DNA of 49,442 bases from Clostridiales bacterium (GCA_019416395.1 DXXH01000001.1:1-49442); one strand, 5' to 3'. Counted from the stretch's first letter, positions 38,963 through 49,393 are shown. Translations and numbers: made by a program. Notes: a model not told the origin generated them from the letters alone.

Positions 38963-40642
38963 TTATTGCTCGTCAGCTTTGCGGATTTCCGCCCGCTTGA
39001 TCTTGCCGCCAATAGTCTTGGGCAGCTCCTTCACGTACTCGATCACCCGGGGATATTTATAGGGAGCGGTAGCGTGCTTCACATGGTTTTGCAATTCCTT
39101 TGTCAGCTCGGGGGTGCCTTCATACCCCTTTGCCAGCACAATGGTGGCTTTCACCACTTGGCCGCGAATGGGATCCGGCGCGCCGGTAATGGCGCATTCC
39201 ACCACCGCCGGATGCTCCAGCAAAGCGCTTTCCACCTCGAAGGGCCCGATCCGGTAACCGGAACACTTGATCACGTCGTCATTGCGGCCCACAAACCAGT
39301 AATACCCGTTGCTGTCCCGCCAGGCCACGTCGCCAGTGTCGTAATAGGCGCCGCCCAGCTTTTCCTGGGTCATTTCATCGTTTAAGTAATAGCCGGTGAA
39401 CAGTCCCACAGGCGGGTGATTTTTCACGTCCATAATGGCGATGGTACCTTCCTCACCGTCCTCGCACACGTTGCCGTTGCCATCGATCAGCTGGATATCG
39501 TACAGGGGCGAGGGTTTGCCAGTGGAGCCGGGAATGGGCTCGAACCACTGGAAGTTGGCCAGCATCACCGAGCCTTCCGACTGGCCAAAGCCTTCATACA
39601 GCTTCAAGCCCGTCAGTTCCAGCCACTTCTTGAACACCTCGGGATTCAGGGGCTCTCCGGCGATGCAGCAGTGATGGATACTGGACAGATCGTACTTGGT
39701 CACGTCTTCCTGAAGCATGAACCGGAACATGGTAGGCGGCGCGCAGAAGGTGGTCACCTTGTATTTTTCCAGATGCTCCAACAGATGGCGGGGATTGAAT
39801 TTGGCTTCCATGTCATAGCAGAAGATCACTGCGCCGCACACCCACTGGCCGTAAATCTTGCCCCAGCCGAATTTGGCCCAGCCAGAATCGGACACGCTCA
39901 TGTGAAGCTTATTCTCTTCCACCTGCTGCCAATACTTGGCGGTGACAATATGCCCCAGGGGATAGGAGAAATTGTGCTGCACCATTTTGGGCATGCCGGT
40001 GGTACCAGACGTGAAATACACCAGCATGGTGTCGTCCCAGCGGGTGGCTTCCTCACCGGTGGGACGGGGGAACTCATCGGAAAACTTTTCCATTTCCTCG
40101 TTGAGATCCAGCCAGCCTTCCCGGCGCTCCACCACCATGATCTTGTTCTTCAGGGTGGGGATATCCCCTTCGGCGGCTTCCACCTGCTCGATCACAAAGG
40201 GGTCATTCACGCATACCACAGCGCACACCTTGGCGGCGTTGCCACGGTAGACAATGTCCTTTTTGGTCAGCTGCAAGGTGCCGGGGATCAAAATCGCGCC
40301 AATCTTGTGGAGAGCGGTGGCGCAGATCCAGTATTCCCAACGGCGGCGGAGAATCAGCATGACCACGGAGCCTTTCTTCACGCCCAGGCTCTTGAAAAAG
40401 TTGGCCGCTTTATTGGACAACCGTTTGATGTCCGTAAAGGTGAATATTTTTTCGTCATCTTCCTCATCGCACCACACAAGGGCCTTCTTTTCCGGCTCCG
40501 CTTCTGCCCAGGCGTCCACCACGTCAAAGCCGAAGTTAAAGTCTTCCGGCACGTTCACTTTATAATTGGCTTTAAAATCCTCATAGGAATCAAATTCGAT
40601 CCTGGGAAGATATTTCTTCAATAACATGTCCATGGGGTTCAA
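38963..40642 (-). CDS. AMP-binding acyl-CoA synthetase (medium-chain ligase-like)
   Basis: YFTSGTTGMPK, AGEPLNPE, YEGFGQSE, YDTGD, GRNDDVIK, LPKTIGGKI; start TTG 40642 or ATG 40633. Confidence 0.92.
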   Translation of the reverse strand: MNPMDMLLKKYLPRIEFDSYEDFKANYKVNVPEDFNFGFDVVDAWAEAEPEKKALVWCDEEDDEKIFTFTDIKRLSNKAANFFKSLGVKKGSVVMLILRRRWEYWICATALHKIGAILIPGTLQLTKKDIVYRGNAAKVCAVVCVNDPFVIEQVEAAEGDIPTLKNKIMVVERREGWLDLNEEMEKFSDEFPRPTGEEATRWDDTMLVYFTSGTTGMPKMVQHNFSYPLGHIVTAKYWQQVEENKLHMSVSDSGWAKFGWGKIYGQWVCGAVIFCYDMEAKFNPRHLLEHLEKYKVTTFCAPPTMFRFMLQEDVTKYDLSSIHHCCIAGEPLNPEVFKKWLELTGLKLYEGFGQSEGSVMLANFQWFEPIPGSTGKPSPLYDIQLIDGNGNVCEDGEEGTIAIMDVKNHPPVGLFTGYYLNDEMTQEKLGGAYYDTGDVAWRDSNGYYWFVGRNDDVIKCSGYRIGPFEVESALLEHPAVVECAITGAPDPIRGQVVKATIVLAKGYEGTPELTKELQNHVKHATAPYKYPRVIEYVKELPKTIGGKIKRAEIRKADEQ

Positions 40643-40681
40643 ACATCCTTTCTATTTCACATACAATCCGCCCGGCGCGCC

Positions 40682-41230
40682 TTATTCCGCAATCACCGTG
40701 ATAAACCGGGCCTTCTCTGTGCCGCCGCAGCGCTGGCCGTGAGGAATGGTGGGATTAAAGTAAATGGAATCCCCGGCTGTCAGGGGGAATTCTTTATCTC
40801 CGATCACCACAATGACCGTCCCTTCCAAAACCATGTTGAACTCCTGGCCGGAATGGGTGATCAGCTTGGCGGGCGCGTCCGTGGGCTCCAGGGTGACCAG
40901 CAAGGGCTGCATCACCTTATCCGCGTACCGGTACGCCAAATCCTCAAAGTGGTATTCCGGATTCCGGTTTACCACCCGGCCTTGACCCCGTTTGACAATG
41001 TGGTAGGTATCCAGTCGGGAAGGGGCTCCGGTAACGATCTCCGCGAAGTCTACCCCAAACTTATTGGCTACTTCATAGATTAGGCTGATGGGAATATCCT
41101 TCCCGTCCTGTTCGTAGTTCCGGTATACGTCCGGATCTACCCGCAATTCCGCCGCCAAACGCTCCACTGTGTAGTCGCTGGCTTCCCGCAGTTCTCGCAG
41201 CCGCGGGCCAATCTCATTGATTTCGCACAT
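40682..41230 (-). CDS. XRE-family HTH regulator with cupin domain
   Basis: IGPRLRELRE HTH, HSGQEFNMVLEG, GDSIYFNPTIPHG. Confidence 0.92.
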   Translation of the reverse strand: MCEINEIGPRLRELREASDYTVERLAAELRVDPDVYRNYEQDGKDIPISLIYEVANKFGVDFAEIVTGAPSRLDTYHIVKRGQGRVVNRNPEYHFEDLAYRYADKVMQPLLVTLEPTDAPAKLITHSGQEFNMVLEGTVIVVIGDKEFPLTAGDSIYFNPTIPHGQRCGGTEKARFITVIAE

Positions 41231-41282
41231 TTCACCCGACTCCTTTTCTTTAAAATTACAATCTAGTGATGTTAATTTTCAC

Positions 41283-41312
41283 ATTATACCACTTTAAATC
41301 GCCACAAGTCAA
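41283..41312 (-). promoter_or_regulatory. SigA promoter of the XRE-ligase operon
   Basis: TTGACT-18 nt-TATAAT with extended TG. Confidence 0.75.
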
Positions 41313-41323
41313 CACAAAATGAA

Positions 41324-42562
41324 TTATTCTAGCACAGCCATTGCATTTTCCATCTCTTTTTTCGTCTGTTCCGCGTCAAGATAGTCCGAAGAATACAAGA
41401 TGACCCCCTGGTATCCTGCTTCCAACGCTGCTTCCGCCTGCAACGCGATAATGTTATCCCGCAAAAGCCAAGTCCCATTGTCCGCGTCGGTACCCGCCTT
41501 ATACAACGCCAATCCAGCGTACAGGCTCAGCCCCTCATGGCGGGGCAGCGCCGCCCATTCTTCCAAAGCTTCCTGATACCCCAGCGCCTCGTTCTCAAAA
41601 CTGAAGTACAGCTGGGGACATAGGTAATCCACATATCCCGGCACTGCCGCCCAGGTTTTCACGTCAGCCCCCATGGCCTCATCGTTTTGAATGTTCCCCT
41701 GTGGGGAGATCCCAAACACCACTTCCGGCTTCACCTCTTTGATGGCGCTGTACACCTGGGCCACCATGGCATTGATATTGGCCGTCCGCCACTCCAGCAA
41801 AGGAATGGGCGCTTCCACCGACTGGGTGTAGGCTTCGTAAGCTTCGCTGTCCAGGGCGGAATCCTGACTGGGGTAAAAATAATCGTCAAAGTGAATGCCG
41901 TCCACATCGTAGTTAGCGGCGATCTCCGCGGCGCCGTCAGCGATCAACGTGCGCACATAAGGGTACGCCGGGTTTAAGTACACACCGCCCTCGTACTCCA
42001 TAAAGTAAGAGGGGTATTCTTCCCCCAGCTGCACATAGGGGTTGGAATCCGCCAGGGTAGCGGGCGTTTCCGAGGTCTTGATCCGCAGGGGATTGATCCA
42101 GGCGTGGAATTCCATACCCAGGCTGTGGGTGTAATCGATCATAAATTGCAGAGCGTCAAACCCGGGATCCTGCCCTTGGGTGCCTGTGAGAATATGGGAC
42201 CAGGGAAAATATTGGGAAGGGTATAGGGAATCGGAAAAGGGCCGCACATGGACAAACATGGCGTTGATCCCCTTCTCCAAAGCTGTATCGGCGATTTTCT
42301 TGTAGTTTGCCTCAAAGGCTTCCTGGGTGCCTTCCGGGGTGGCCAGGGAAAAATAGGGCACCCACACCCCAATCAGAGGATCTTCCTCTTCTGGAGATAC
42401 TTGGGTCATGGGGGTGGTGTCTGGAGCCTGGGAGCTTCCGGTTCCCCCCGGTTGTCCTTGCTGCCCTTGGTACCCGCTGAAAAACCACACCCCCGCCACC
42501 GAGGCGAACAGCACCAGCCACAGCACAAAATAGCTATACTTTTTCAGATGGAAATGTTTCAT
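41324..42562 (-). CDS. Membrane-anchored glycosyl hydrolase-like family 10 (YddW/DigH-like) protein
   Basis: N-terminal TM, VHVRPFSDSLYPS, FHAWINPLR, YDVDGIHFDDYFY, FGISPQG, DYLCPQLY. Confidence 0.88.
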   Translation of the reverse strand: MKHFHLKKYSYFVLWLVLFASVAGVWFFSGYQGQQGQPGGTGSSQAPDTTPMTQVSPEEEDPLIGVWVPYFSLATPEGTQEAFEANYKKIADTALEKGINAMFVHVRPFSDSLYPSQYFPWSHILTGTQGQDPGFDALQFMIDYTHSLGMEFHAWINPLRIKTSETPATLADSNPYVQLGEEYPSYFMEYEGGVYLNPAYPYVRTLIADGAAEIAANYDVDGIHFDDYFYPSQDSALDSEAYEAYTQSVEAPIPLLEWRTANINAMVAQVYSAIKEVKPEVVFGISPQGNIQNDEAMGADVKTWAAVPGYVDYLCPQLYFSFENEALGYQEALEEWAALPRHEGLSLYAGLALYKAGTDADNGTWLLRDNIIALQAEAALEAGYQGVILYSSDYLDAEQTKKEMENAMAVLE

Positions 42563-42592
42563 AAGGCCTTCCTTTCCAGCGCCGCCGGTTTC

Positions 42593-42621
42593 TTGACAGC
42601 GGCAGCCCTTTGGGGTATCAT
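42593..42621 (+). promoter_or_regulatory. SigA promoter for the HAD nucleotidase
   Basis: TTGACA-17 nt-TATCAT. Confidence 0.75.
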
Positions 42622-42692
42622 TCCTACTAGATGGACACCTTATTTCTATGCGGCCCTTCAAAAGGCTATGTTCCCGAAAGGAGCCTTCCCCT

Positions 42693-43388
42693 GTGAAAAA
42701 ATACCGCTTTCTGCTTTTTGACGCCGACGGCACGCTTCTGGATTTTGACCAGGACATGGCCAAAGCGTTCCGTGCTACTTACAAGGCCTGTTTTGAGGAA
42801 CAACGGCCTTTTTCCCAAGAGCTGCTGGACCGCTACGAACAATGCAACAGCCGGTGGTGGGCAAAGCTGGAACGGGGCGAATGCACAAAACCGGAGCTGG
42901 TCGTGGCCCGGTTCCGGGATTTTCTGGCAGAAACAGGGCTTTCCGGAGACCCGGAAGCCATCAACCAGGAATATTTCCACAACCTGGCCCAAGGGGGAGC
43001 GTTATACCCGGGAGCGCTGGAATTGGTGCGGGAGCTTTCCGCCCAATATACCCTTTACATTGTGACAAACGGCAACGCCGTCACCCAAAAGACACGGCTG
43101 GAACGTTCCGGCCTGCTGGAATACGTAAAGGCGTATTTTGTTTCTGAGGACGCTGGGGCCGCCAAGCCTGACCCACGGTATTTCGACTATGTATTTTCCC
43201 GTATTCCCGGCTTCGAAAAAGAGCGTGCTCTGCTGTTGGGGGATTCCCTCACCTCGGACATGCTGGGAGCCCAAAACGTGGGCATCGATTCCCTGTGGTA
43301 CAACCCCCAGGGCTGCCCTCTCTCCGGGGAACTTACTATCACGTACCAAGTGAAAACCTACGGGGAAATCCACCAACTACTTCTATAA
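42693..43388 (+). CDS. YjjG-family HAD pyrimidine nucleotidase
   Basis: FDADGTLLDF, VTNG, KPD, GDSLTSDMLGA; GTG start after aaggag. Confidence 0.9.
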   Translation: MKKYRFLLFDADGTLLDFDQDMAKAFRATYKACFEEQRPFSQELLDRYEQCNSRWWAKLERGECTKPELVVARFRDFLAETGLSGDPEAINQEYFHNLAQGGALYPGALELVRELSAQYTLYIVTNGNAVTQKTRLERSGLLEYVKAYFVSEDAGAAKPDPRYFDYVFSRIPGFEKERALLLGDSLTSDMLGAQNVGIDSLWYNPQGCPLSGELTITYQVKTYGEIHQLLL

Positions 43389-43402
43389 AGATTGAAAGAA
43401 AT

Positions 43403-43441
43403 GGAAACCGTCGCGAGTTTTTTCGCGGCGGTTCTTTTTTT
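43403..43441 (+). terminator. Terminator after the HAD gene
   Basis: aaccgtcgcga / tcgcggcggtt stem followed by a T run. Confidence 0.75.
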
Positions 43442-43457
43442 CCTTTCTATCAAAACC

Positions 43458-43522
43458 GTAAGTTTTCCGCCGGGCTTTTGTAAGGCGGCCTTATGAAACG
43501 TGTAAGAAATGGGACCTATACT
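43458..43522 (+). promoter_or_regulatory. Putative response-regulator (BceR/GraR-like) sites and -10 box
   Basis: GTAAG at 43458, 43480 and 43502 (22-bp period), cttatg...tgtaag pseudo-palindrome, TATACT at 43517. Confidence 0.6.
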
Positions 43523-43580
43523 TTTTCCAGAAACGGAAAAAGAGAGATGTTTCCCAACTGTGAAAAAGGAGAGATCACCA

Positions 43581-44360
43581 ATGGCACTTTTAAACGTAAA
43601 CAATCTGCAAAAGGTGTACACCACCCGGCTAGGCGGGGCCAAAGTCCAGGCCCTGAGCGGGGTGAGCTTTACCGTGGAACAAGGGGAATTTGTGGCAATC
43701 ATGGGGGAATCCGGCTCCGGTAAAACCACTCTTCTGAACATTTTGGCCGGACTGGATAAACCCACAGGCGGGGAAGTATTCCTGAACATGCGGAATATCG
43801 TCACCCTGAACGAGAAGGAGATTTCCGCTTTCCGGCGGGATAACCTGGGCTTTGTGTTCCAGGACTTCAACCTGCTGGACACCTTCTCCATTCAGGACAA
43901 CATTTTCCTGCCCATGGTGCTTGCGGGGAAAAAATACGACGAGATCAAGCAGCGGATCGACCCCATCGCCCACAGGCTCGGCATCTGGGAACTGCTGCAA
44001 AAGTTCCCCTTTGAAGTCTCCGGTGGTCAGAAGCAGCGGGCCGCCATCGCCCGGGCCATCATTACCCGTCCCCAACTGATCTTGGCCGACGAACCCACCG
44101 GCGCTTTGGATTCCCGTTCCGCTGGGCAGATCATGGACATTTTCGCCGATATCAACCGGGAAGGCCAAACCATTCTAATGGTAACCCATTCCCTTCAGGC
44201 CGCCTGCCGGGCAGGCCGAGTGTTGTTCATCAAGGACGGTCAGGTGTTCCATCAAATCTACCGGGGCGCCATGTCCGATGACGACCTGTACCAGGCCATC
44301 TCCCAGACATTGACCCAGCTGGCCACCAGCCGGGAAAGGAGCGTGGCGGTTCATGGGTAA
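43581..44360 (+). CDS. ABC transporter ATP-binding protein (BceA-like)
   Basis: GESGSGKT, FVFQDFNLL, VSGGQKQR, ADEPTG, MVTH. Confidence 0.93.
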   Translation: MALLNVNNLQKVYTTRLGGAKVQALSGVSFTVEQGEFVAIMGESGSGKTTLLNILAGLDKPTGGEVFLNMRNIVTLNEKEISAFRRDNLGFVFQDFNLLDTFSIQDNIFLPMVLAGKKYDEIKQRIDPIAHRLGIWELLQKFPFEVSGGQKQRAAIARAIITRPQLILADEPTGALDSRSAGQIMDIFADINREGQTILMVTHSLQAACRAGRVLFIKDGQVFHQIYRGAMSDDDLYQAISQTLTQLATSRERSVAVHG

Positions 44361-46362
44361 TCACAGTATGGGGTTCTACTGGAAGCTGGCCTTTACCAAC
44401 CTGAGAAATAACCGCCGGGTCTACCTGCCTTACTTGCTTTCCTCGGCGGGGATCATCATCATGTTCTACACCATCTGTGCCCTTGTGCCAGGCATCGACC
44501 AATACGCCATGTACGGCGGCCGCACAGTGGGGTCCATGATGGAACTGGGGCAGTTTGTGATCGCCCTGTTCGCCGTACTTTTCCTGTTTTACACCAACAG
44601 CTTTATCATCAAACGCCGGAAAAAGGAACTGGGCCTTTACAACATTTTGGGCATGGAAAAACGGCATATCGCCAAAATCCTGTTCCGCGAAACGCTGCTC
44701 ACCGCCTGCGTTTCCCTGTTTTCGGGGCTGGTTCTGGGGATCGTCTTCTCATGGGTCATGTTCTGGGTGCTGGGCCTTTTGTTGGGAGCCAGTTTGCCCA
44801 TCACCTTTATGATCCCCTATTCCGCCATTTTCAGCACTTTAATCCTATTCGGCTGCATCTTCCTGCTGACACTTTGCTATAACCTGTTGCAGGTAAAGCT
44901 CTCCAAACCCATTGAGCTGCTGCACGGCGGGGAGCAAGGAGAAAAAGAACCCAAAGCCCACTGGATCCTGGCGATCTTGGGCGCCGCCCTTCTGGGGACT
45001 GGTTACTACATGGCCGTCACCATCACTTCCCCCCTGCAGGCGTTGTTGTTCTTTTTTGTAGCGGTCATTTTGGTCATTCTGGGCACTTACCTGCTGTTTA
45101 TCACCGGTATCACCGCCCTGCTGAAACTGCTGAAAAAGAACAAGAACTTCTATTACAAGACAAACCATTTTACCGCTGTTTCCGGCATGCTGTTCCGCAT
45201 GAAGCAAACCGCGGCGGGACTGGCGTCCATCTGTGTGTTGTTCACAGCACTGCTGGTCACCGTATCCACCACCTTCTCCCTGTACACCTCTATGGACGGG
45301 TTAATGCGGACCCGTTATCCCCGGAATATTCTCATCACTGTCCAAGGCGCCAACCAGGAAGCCAAAGATATGATCCGGAACTCTGTGGCAGAAGAAGCGG
45401 AAGCCCTGGGAATTACTCTGGAACATGTGGTGGACCAGGAAAATTGGAACATCACCATGGCACGAAATGGCACCTCTTTCTCCACCAGCGATGAAACCTA
45501 CTCTACCACCTACGCTGTTGCGGAAGTTTTTACCCAAGAGGAATTCAACCGGTTGTCCGGTGAAAACCTGGAGCTTGGGGAAAACCAGGTGCTGTTCTGC
45601 GACCCTCTGGGAACGTTTCCGGACACGGACACGCTGACCATCAACCATGTGGAATTCACCATTCTCCCCACCCAGTACAGCTTCCCTAACGCTTCTACCA
45701 TAGCCCAAATCTATGAGACATACTACATGGTGGTCAAGGACGAGGCAGTGGTCAACACCATTCTCGCCGGGGGTACTACCCCGGATGAAGAAGCCTTTGT
45801 GCCGCCCGCCTACTCCTACGATTTCGACGTGGCAGGGGAAAATATCCAGGACATCAAAGCCATGTCGGAAGCTTTGGGGACCAGAACCTTTCAAGGCCCT
45901 GGCGTGGAGTATAACTCCTTGATGTTCGAGGACTCCGCCACGTCCCGGGAAAGCTTTATGACCCTGTACGGCGGGCTGTTCTTCCTGGGCCTGTTCTTGG
46001 GCGTGTTGTTCCTGCTGGGCACAGCGCTGATTATCTACTACAAGCAGGTCTCCGAAGGCTATGAGGACGCCAAGCGGTTTTCCATCATGCAAAAGGTGGG
46101 CATGAGTCATCAGGAAGTGAAAAAGAGCATTCACAGCCAGATCCTTCTGGTGTTCTTCCTGCCTCTGCTCACCGCAGTACTTCACTTGGCCTTTGCCTTC
46201 CCCATGCTGCAAAAGATCCTGTTCATGATGGGGTTGGTGGATTTTCATCTGATTCTCTTCTCCACCTTGGGCTGTGTGGCAGTATTTGCCCTGGCCTACG
46301 CAGTCATCTATGCCATCACCGCCCGCACTTACTACAATATTGTGGAAAGTGCCGCTGATTGA
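44353..46362 (+). CDS. FtsX-like ABC permease (BceB-like)
   Basis: YTNSFIIKRRKKELGLYNILGMEK, about 10 TM helices with a large extracellular loop, IYYKQVSEG. Confidence 0.92.
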   Translation: MGNHSMGFYWKLAFTNLRNNRRVYLPYLLSSAGIIIMFYTICALVPGIDQYAMYGGRTVGSMMELGQFVIALFAVLFLFYTNSFIIKRRKKELGLYNILGMEKRHIAKILFRETLLTACVSLFSGLVLGIVFSWVMFWVLGLLLGASLPITFMIPYSAIFSTLILFGCIFLLTLCYNLLQVKLSKPIELLHGGEQGEKEPKAHWILAILGAALLGTGYYMAVTITSPLQALLFFFVAVILVILGTYLLFITGITALLKLLKKNKNFYYKTNHFTAVSGMLFRMKQTAAGLASICVLFTALLVTVSTTFSLYTSMDGLMRTRYPRNILITVQGANQEAKDMIRNSVAEEAEALGITLEHVVDQENWNITMARNGTSFSTSDETYSTTYAVAEVFTQEEFNRLSGENLELGENQVLFCDPLGTFPDTDTLTINHVEFTILPTQYSFPNASTIAQIYETYYMVVKDEAVVNTILAGGTTPDEEAFVPPAYSYDFDVAGENIQDIKAMSEALGTRTFQGPGVEYNSLMFEDSATSRESFMTLYGGLFFLGLFLGVLFLLGTALIIYYKQVSEGYEDAKRFSIMQKVGMSHQEVKKSIHSQILLVFFLPLLTAVLHLAFAFPMLQKILFMMGLVDFHLILFSTLGCVAVFALAYAVIYAITARTYYNIVESAAD

Positions 46363-46389
46363 CGCTTTCCAGAAAGGGGATTATCGTGT

Positions 46390-46677
46390 ATGTTCTCAGC
46401 TGTTTTTGAGTTTCTTTCCAGCGTCTGGCGGCTTCTGGAATCCTTCATGGGGGCGCTGGGAAGCCTGACAAGAGCATTTCTGGACGTTTTAGCCGCTTTG
46501 GTTTCTGCCATTCTCTGGCCGGTCAGGGCCGTTGCCGATATTCTCCTGGGCCGCTGGAATGTGGCCGGTCCCTGGACACCTTTCTACTTCCTGGTCTGTG
46601 GGATTCTCTTCCTGGCTTTGATCGTACTGGCCGTCTGGATAGTTCAGGGCAACCGCCTTCGCCGGAAGAATCACTGA
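46390..46677 (+). CDS. Small hypothetical membrane protein
   Basis: 95 aa, aagggg SD, amphipathic N-terminus, C-terminal TM and basic tail. Confidence 0.6.
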   Translation: MFSAVFEFLSSVWRLLESFMGALGSLTRAFLDVLAALVSAILWPVRAVADILLGRWNVAGPWTPFYFLVCGILFLALIVLAVWIVQGNRLRRKNH

Positions 46678-46850
46678 CCTGGCCAAAGGGTCTGCCGCTG
46701 CGGGAACGACCCATTGCGGGTTTCTTTCCCACTGCGCGCTAAACCGGCAAAGTGAAAACTCCCCCTGCGGTGTACCTTTCCAAAGGGAAAAGAGTTCGCT
46801 GTTTCCCGGCCCCCGCTCACATACGGACAAGGCTGGTATTGTAAAAAGAT

Positions 46851-46887
46851 AAAAAAGGGCTGCCGCGAAAAACGGCAGCTCTTTTTC
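46851..46887. terminator. Intrinsic terminator
   Basis: aaaaagggctgccg / cggcagctcttttt. Confidence 0.75.
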
Positions 46888-46899
46888 TAGTCCAAAACG

Positions 46900-46926
46900 A
46901 AAAAAGAGGGGCGATTGCCCCTCTTT
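46900..46926 (-). terminator. leuS terminator
   Basis: aaagaggggc-gatt-gcccctcttt, with a T run on the minus strand. Confidence 0.8.
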
Positions 46927-46943
46927 CTCTGTTTTCGTTCCGT

Positions 46944-49352
46944 TTACTTGGCCACAATATTGACCAGTTTTCCAGGCACGTAAATCTCTTTCACAATGTT
47001 TTTCCCGGCGATTTCCGCGGCAATCTTGGGATCTTCTTTGGCGGCGGCCAAGGCGTCCTCTTTGCTGATGTCAGCGGCCACATTCAAATGAGCCCGGACT
47101 TTACCGCACACCTGCACCACGATCTCCACAGTTTCGTCCTTACACTTAGCCTCGTCATAGGCGGGCCAGGACTGCTGGGCTACCAAGCCCTCTCCCAGGG
47201 CGTTGTCGGCCCACACCTCTTCGGTGACATGGGGAGCAAAAGGATTGAGCAAGATGGTGAAGATCCGCAGTTCTTCCTTGGAGATATTGCCCTTTGCGGT
47301 GATCTGGTTCATCAAGGTCATCAAGGCGGCGATGGCGGTGTTGAACTTCAACACTTCCGTATCTTCGCTCACCTTCTTAATTGCTTTATGGAAGGCGCTT
47401 TCCATATCGGGGCGGATCCCCTCGTCCTCACAGAGCATGCTCTGCAAGTTCCAATACCGCTCCACAAAACGGCGGCATCCCTTGATCCCGGCATTGCTCC
47501 AGGGAGCGGCTTTCTCAAAGTCGCCGATGAACATTTCGTACAGCCGCATGGTATCCGCGCCATACTCATTGACAATGTCGTCGGGATTGACCACATTGCC
47601 TCTGGATTTGCTCATCTTTTCCCCGTTCTCGCCCAAGATCATGCCATGGCTGGTACGTTTGGCATAGGGCTCGGGAGTGGGCACCAATCCCTGGTCAAAC
47701 AGGAATTTGTGCCAGAACCGGCTGTACAGCAGATGCAGGGTGGTATGCTCCATGCCGCCGTTGTACCAATCCACCGGGGACCAGTACTTCAGCGCTTCCT
47801 GGGAAACGAATTCCTGATCGTTGTGGGGATCCATGTACCGCAGGAAATACCAGGAAGAACCTGCCCACTGGGGCATGGTATCGGTTTCCCGCTTAGCGGG
47901 GCCGCCGCAATGAGGACAAGTGGTGTTCACCCAATCGGTCATATGGGCCAAGGGGGATTCCCCGTTATCCGTGGGCTCATAGGACTTTACCTCAGGCAGA
48001 CGCAAGGGCAGCTCGCTTTCCGGCAGCGGCACCCAGCCGCATTTCTCGCAATACACCACGGGAATGGGTTCGCCCCAATACCGCTGGCGGGAGAACACCC
48101 AGTCGCGGAGCTTGAAATTGACTTTTGCGTGGCCGATCCCCTTCTCTTCCAGGTACTCGGTAATTTTCTTCTTGGCCTCTTCCACGGTCAAGCCGTCCAA
48201 GATCCCGGAATTGACCATGACGCCGGTTTCACAATCGGTAAAGGCTTCCTCTTCCACGTTGCCGCCCTTGACCACCTCGATGATGGGCAGGTTGAATTTC
48301 TTGGCAAACTCCCAGTCGCGGGTATCGTGGGCGGGCACAGCCATGATGGCGCCGGTACCATAAGACACCAGCACGTAATCGGAAATAAAGATGGGGATCT
48401 CTTTTCCGGTCAAGGGGTTGATGGCGGAAACGCCCTGGAGCTTCACGCCGGTCTTATCCTTGGCCACTTCCGTCCGCTCAAAATCGGACTTCCGGGCAGC
48501 CTGCTCCTGATAGGCTTTGATTTCGTCCAGGTTTTCCAGCTTGTCCGCCCACTTTTCCAGATAAGGATGCTCCGGGGAAACCACCATATAGGTAGCGCCG
48601 TAAAGGGTATCGGGACGGGTGGTATAAACCGTCAGCTTATCCCCGGCGGTGGTGTCAAAATCCACCTCAGCGCCGGTGGAACGGCCAATCCAGTTCTTCT
48701 GCTGGGTCTTGACCCGCTCCGGGTAATCCACCAGATCCAGGTCGTCGATGAGCCGCTGGGCATAGGCGGTGATTTTCAGCATCCACTGGCTCTTCACCTT
48801 GTGAACCACTTCGCTGCCGCAGCGCTCGCACACGCCGTTGACCACTTCCTCGTTGGCCAGCACGCACTTGCAGGAAGTACACCAGTTCACGTTCATTTCC
48901 TTTTTATAGGCCAATCCGGCTTTGAACAGCTGCAGGAAAATCCACTGGGTCCACTTATAATACTTGGGGTCCGTGGTGGAGATTTCCCGGCTCCAGTCGA
49001 AGGAGATACCCAAAGACTGGATCTGTTTTTTGAACCGGGCGATATTCTGCTTGGTCACCTCGGCAGGGTGCACGTGGTTCTTAATGGCGTAGTTTTCGGT
49101 GGGAAGTCCAAAAGCGTCCCAGCCAATGGGATACAGCACATTGTAGCCCTGCATACGGCGTTTCCGGGCCACTACGTCCAGTGCGGTATAGGGACGGGGG
49201 TGGCCTACGTGCAATCCCTGTCCGGAAGGATAGGGGAACTCGATCAATGCGTAATACTTGGGCTTATCCGATCCGTTTTGGGCATGAAACACACCGGTTT
49301 CTTCCCATTTTTCCTGCCATTTTGACTCTATGGCCTTGTGCTCATATTTCAT
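46944..49352 (-). CDS. leuS: Leucine--tRNA ligase
   Basis: [12 protein letters not shown] (HIGH), [13 protein letters not shown] editing domain. ATG 49352 has better SD spacing than 49361. Confidence 0.98.
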   Translation of the reverse strand: MKYEHKAIESKWQEKWEETGVFHAQNGSDKPKYYALIEFPYPSGQGLHVGHPRPYTALDVVARKRRMQGYNVLYPIGWDAFGLPTENYAIKNHVHPAEVTKQNIARFKKQIQSLGISFDWSREISTTDPKYYKWTQWIFLQLFKAGLAYKKEMNVNWCTSCKCVLANEEVVNGVCERCGSEVVHKVKSQWMLKITAYAQRLIDDLDLVDYPERVKTQQKNWIGRSTGAEVDFDTTAGDKLTVYTTRPDTLYGATYMVVSPEHPYLEKWADKLENLDEIKAYQEQAARKSDFERTEVAKDKTGVKLQGVSAINPLTGKEIPIFISDYVLVSYGTGAIMAVPAHDTRDWEFAKKFNLPIIEVVKGGNVEEEAFTDCETGVMVNSGILDGLTVEEAKKKITEYLEEKGIGHAKVNFKLRDWVFSRQRYWGEPIPVVYCEKCGWVPLPESELPLRLPEVKSYEPTDNGESPLAHMTDWVNTTCPHCGGPAKRETDTMPQWAGSSWYFLRYMDPHNDQEFVSQEALKYWSPVDWYNGGMEHTTLHLLYSRFWHKFLFDQGLVPTPEPYAKRTSHGMILGENGEKMSKSRGNVVNPDDIVNEYGADTMRLYEMFIGDFEKAAPWSNAGIKGCRRFVERYWNLQSMLCEDEGIRPDMESAFHKAIKKVSEDTEVLKFNTAIAALMTLMNQITAKGNISKEELRIFTILLNPFAPHVTEEVWADNALGEGLVAQQSWPAYDEAKCKDETVEIVVQVCGKVRAHLNVAADISKEDALAAAKEDPKIAAEIAGKNIVKEIYVPGKLVNIVAK

Positions 49353-49369
49353 CTTTATCATACCTTTCC

Positions 49370-49393
49370 CCTACTTTCTTGAAAGAAAGTAGG
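49370..49393. repeat. Perfect palindrome next to the leuS SD, possibly the end of a REP-like element
   Basis: cctactttct-tgaa-agaaagtagg, 10-bp perfect stem. Confidence 0.4.

Noticed and set aside
47088..49325. 745-aa plus-strand ORF, and similar long antisense ORFs (2610-4148, 6959-8323, 8233-9717, 10812-12134, 21635-23347, 39416-40624)
   Set aside because: They lie antisense to well-supported genes, lack protein motifs and SD sites, and are expected shadows of GC-biased codon usage
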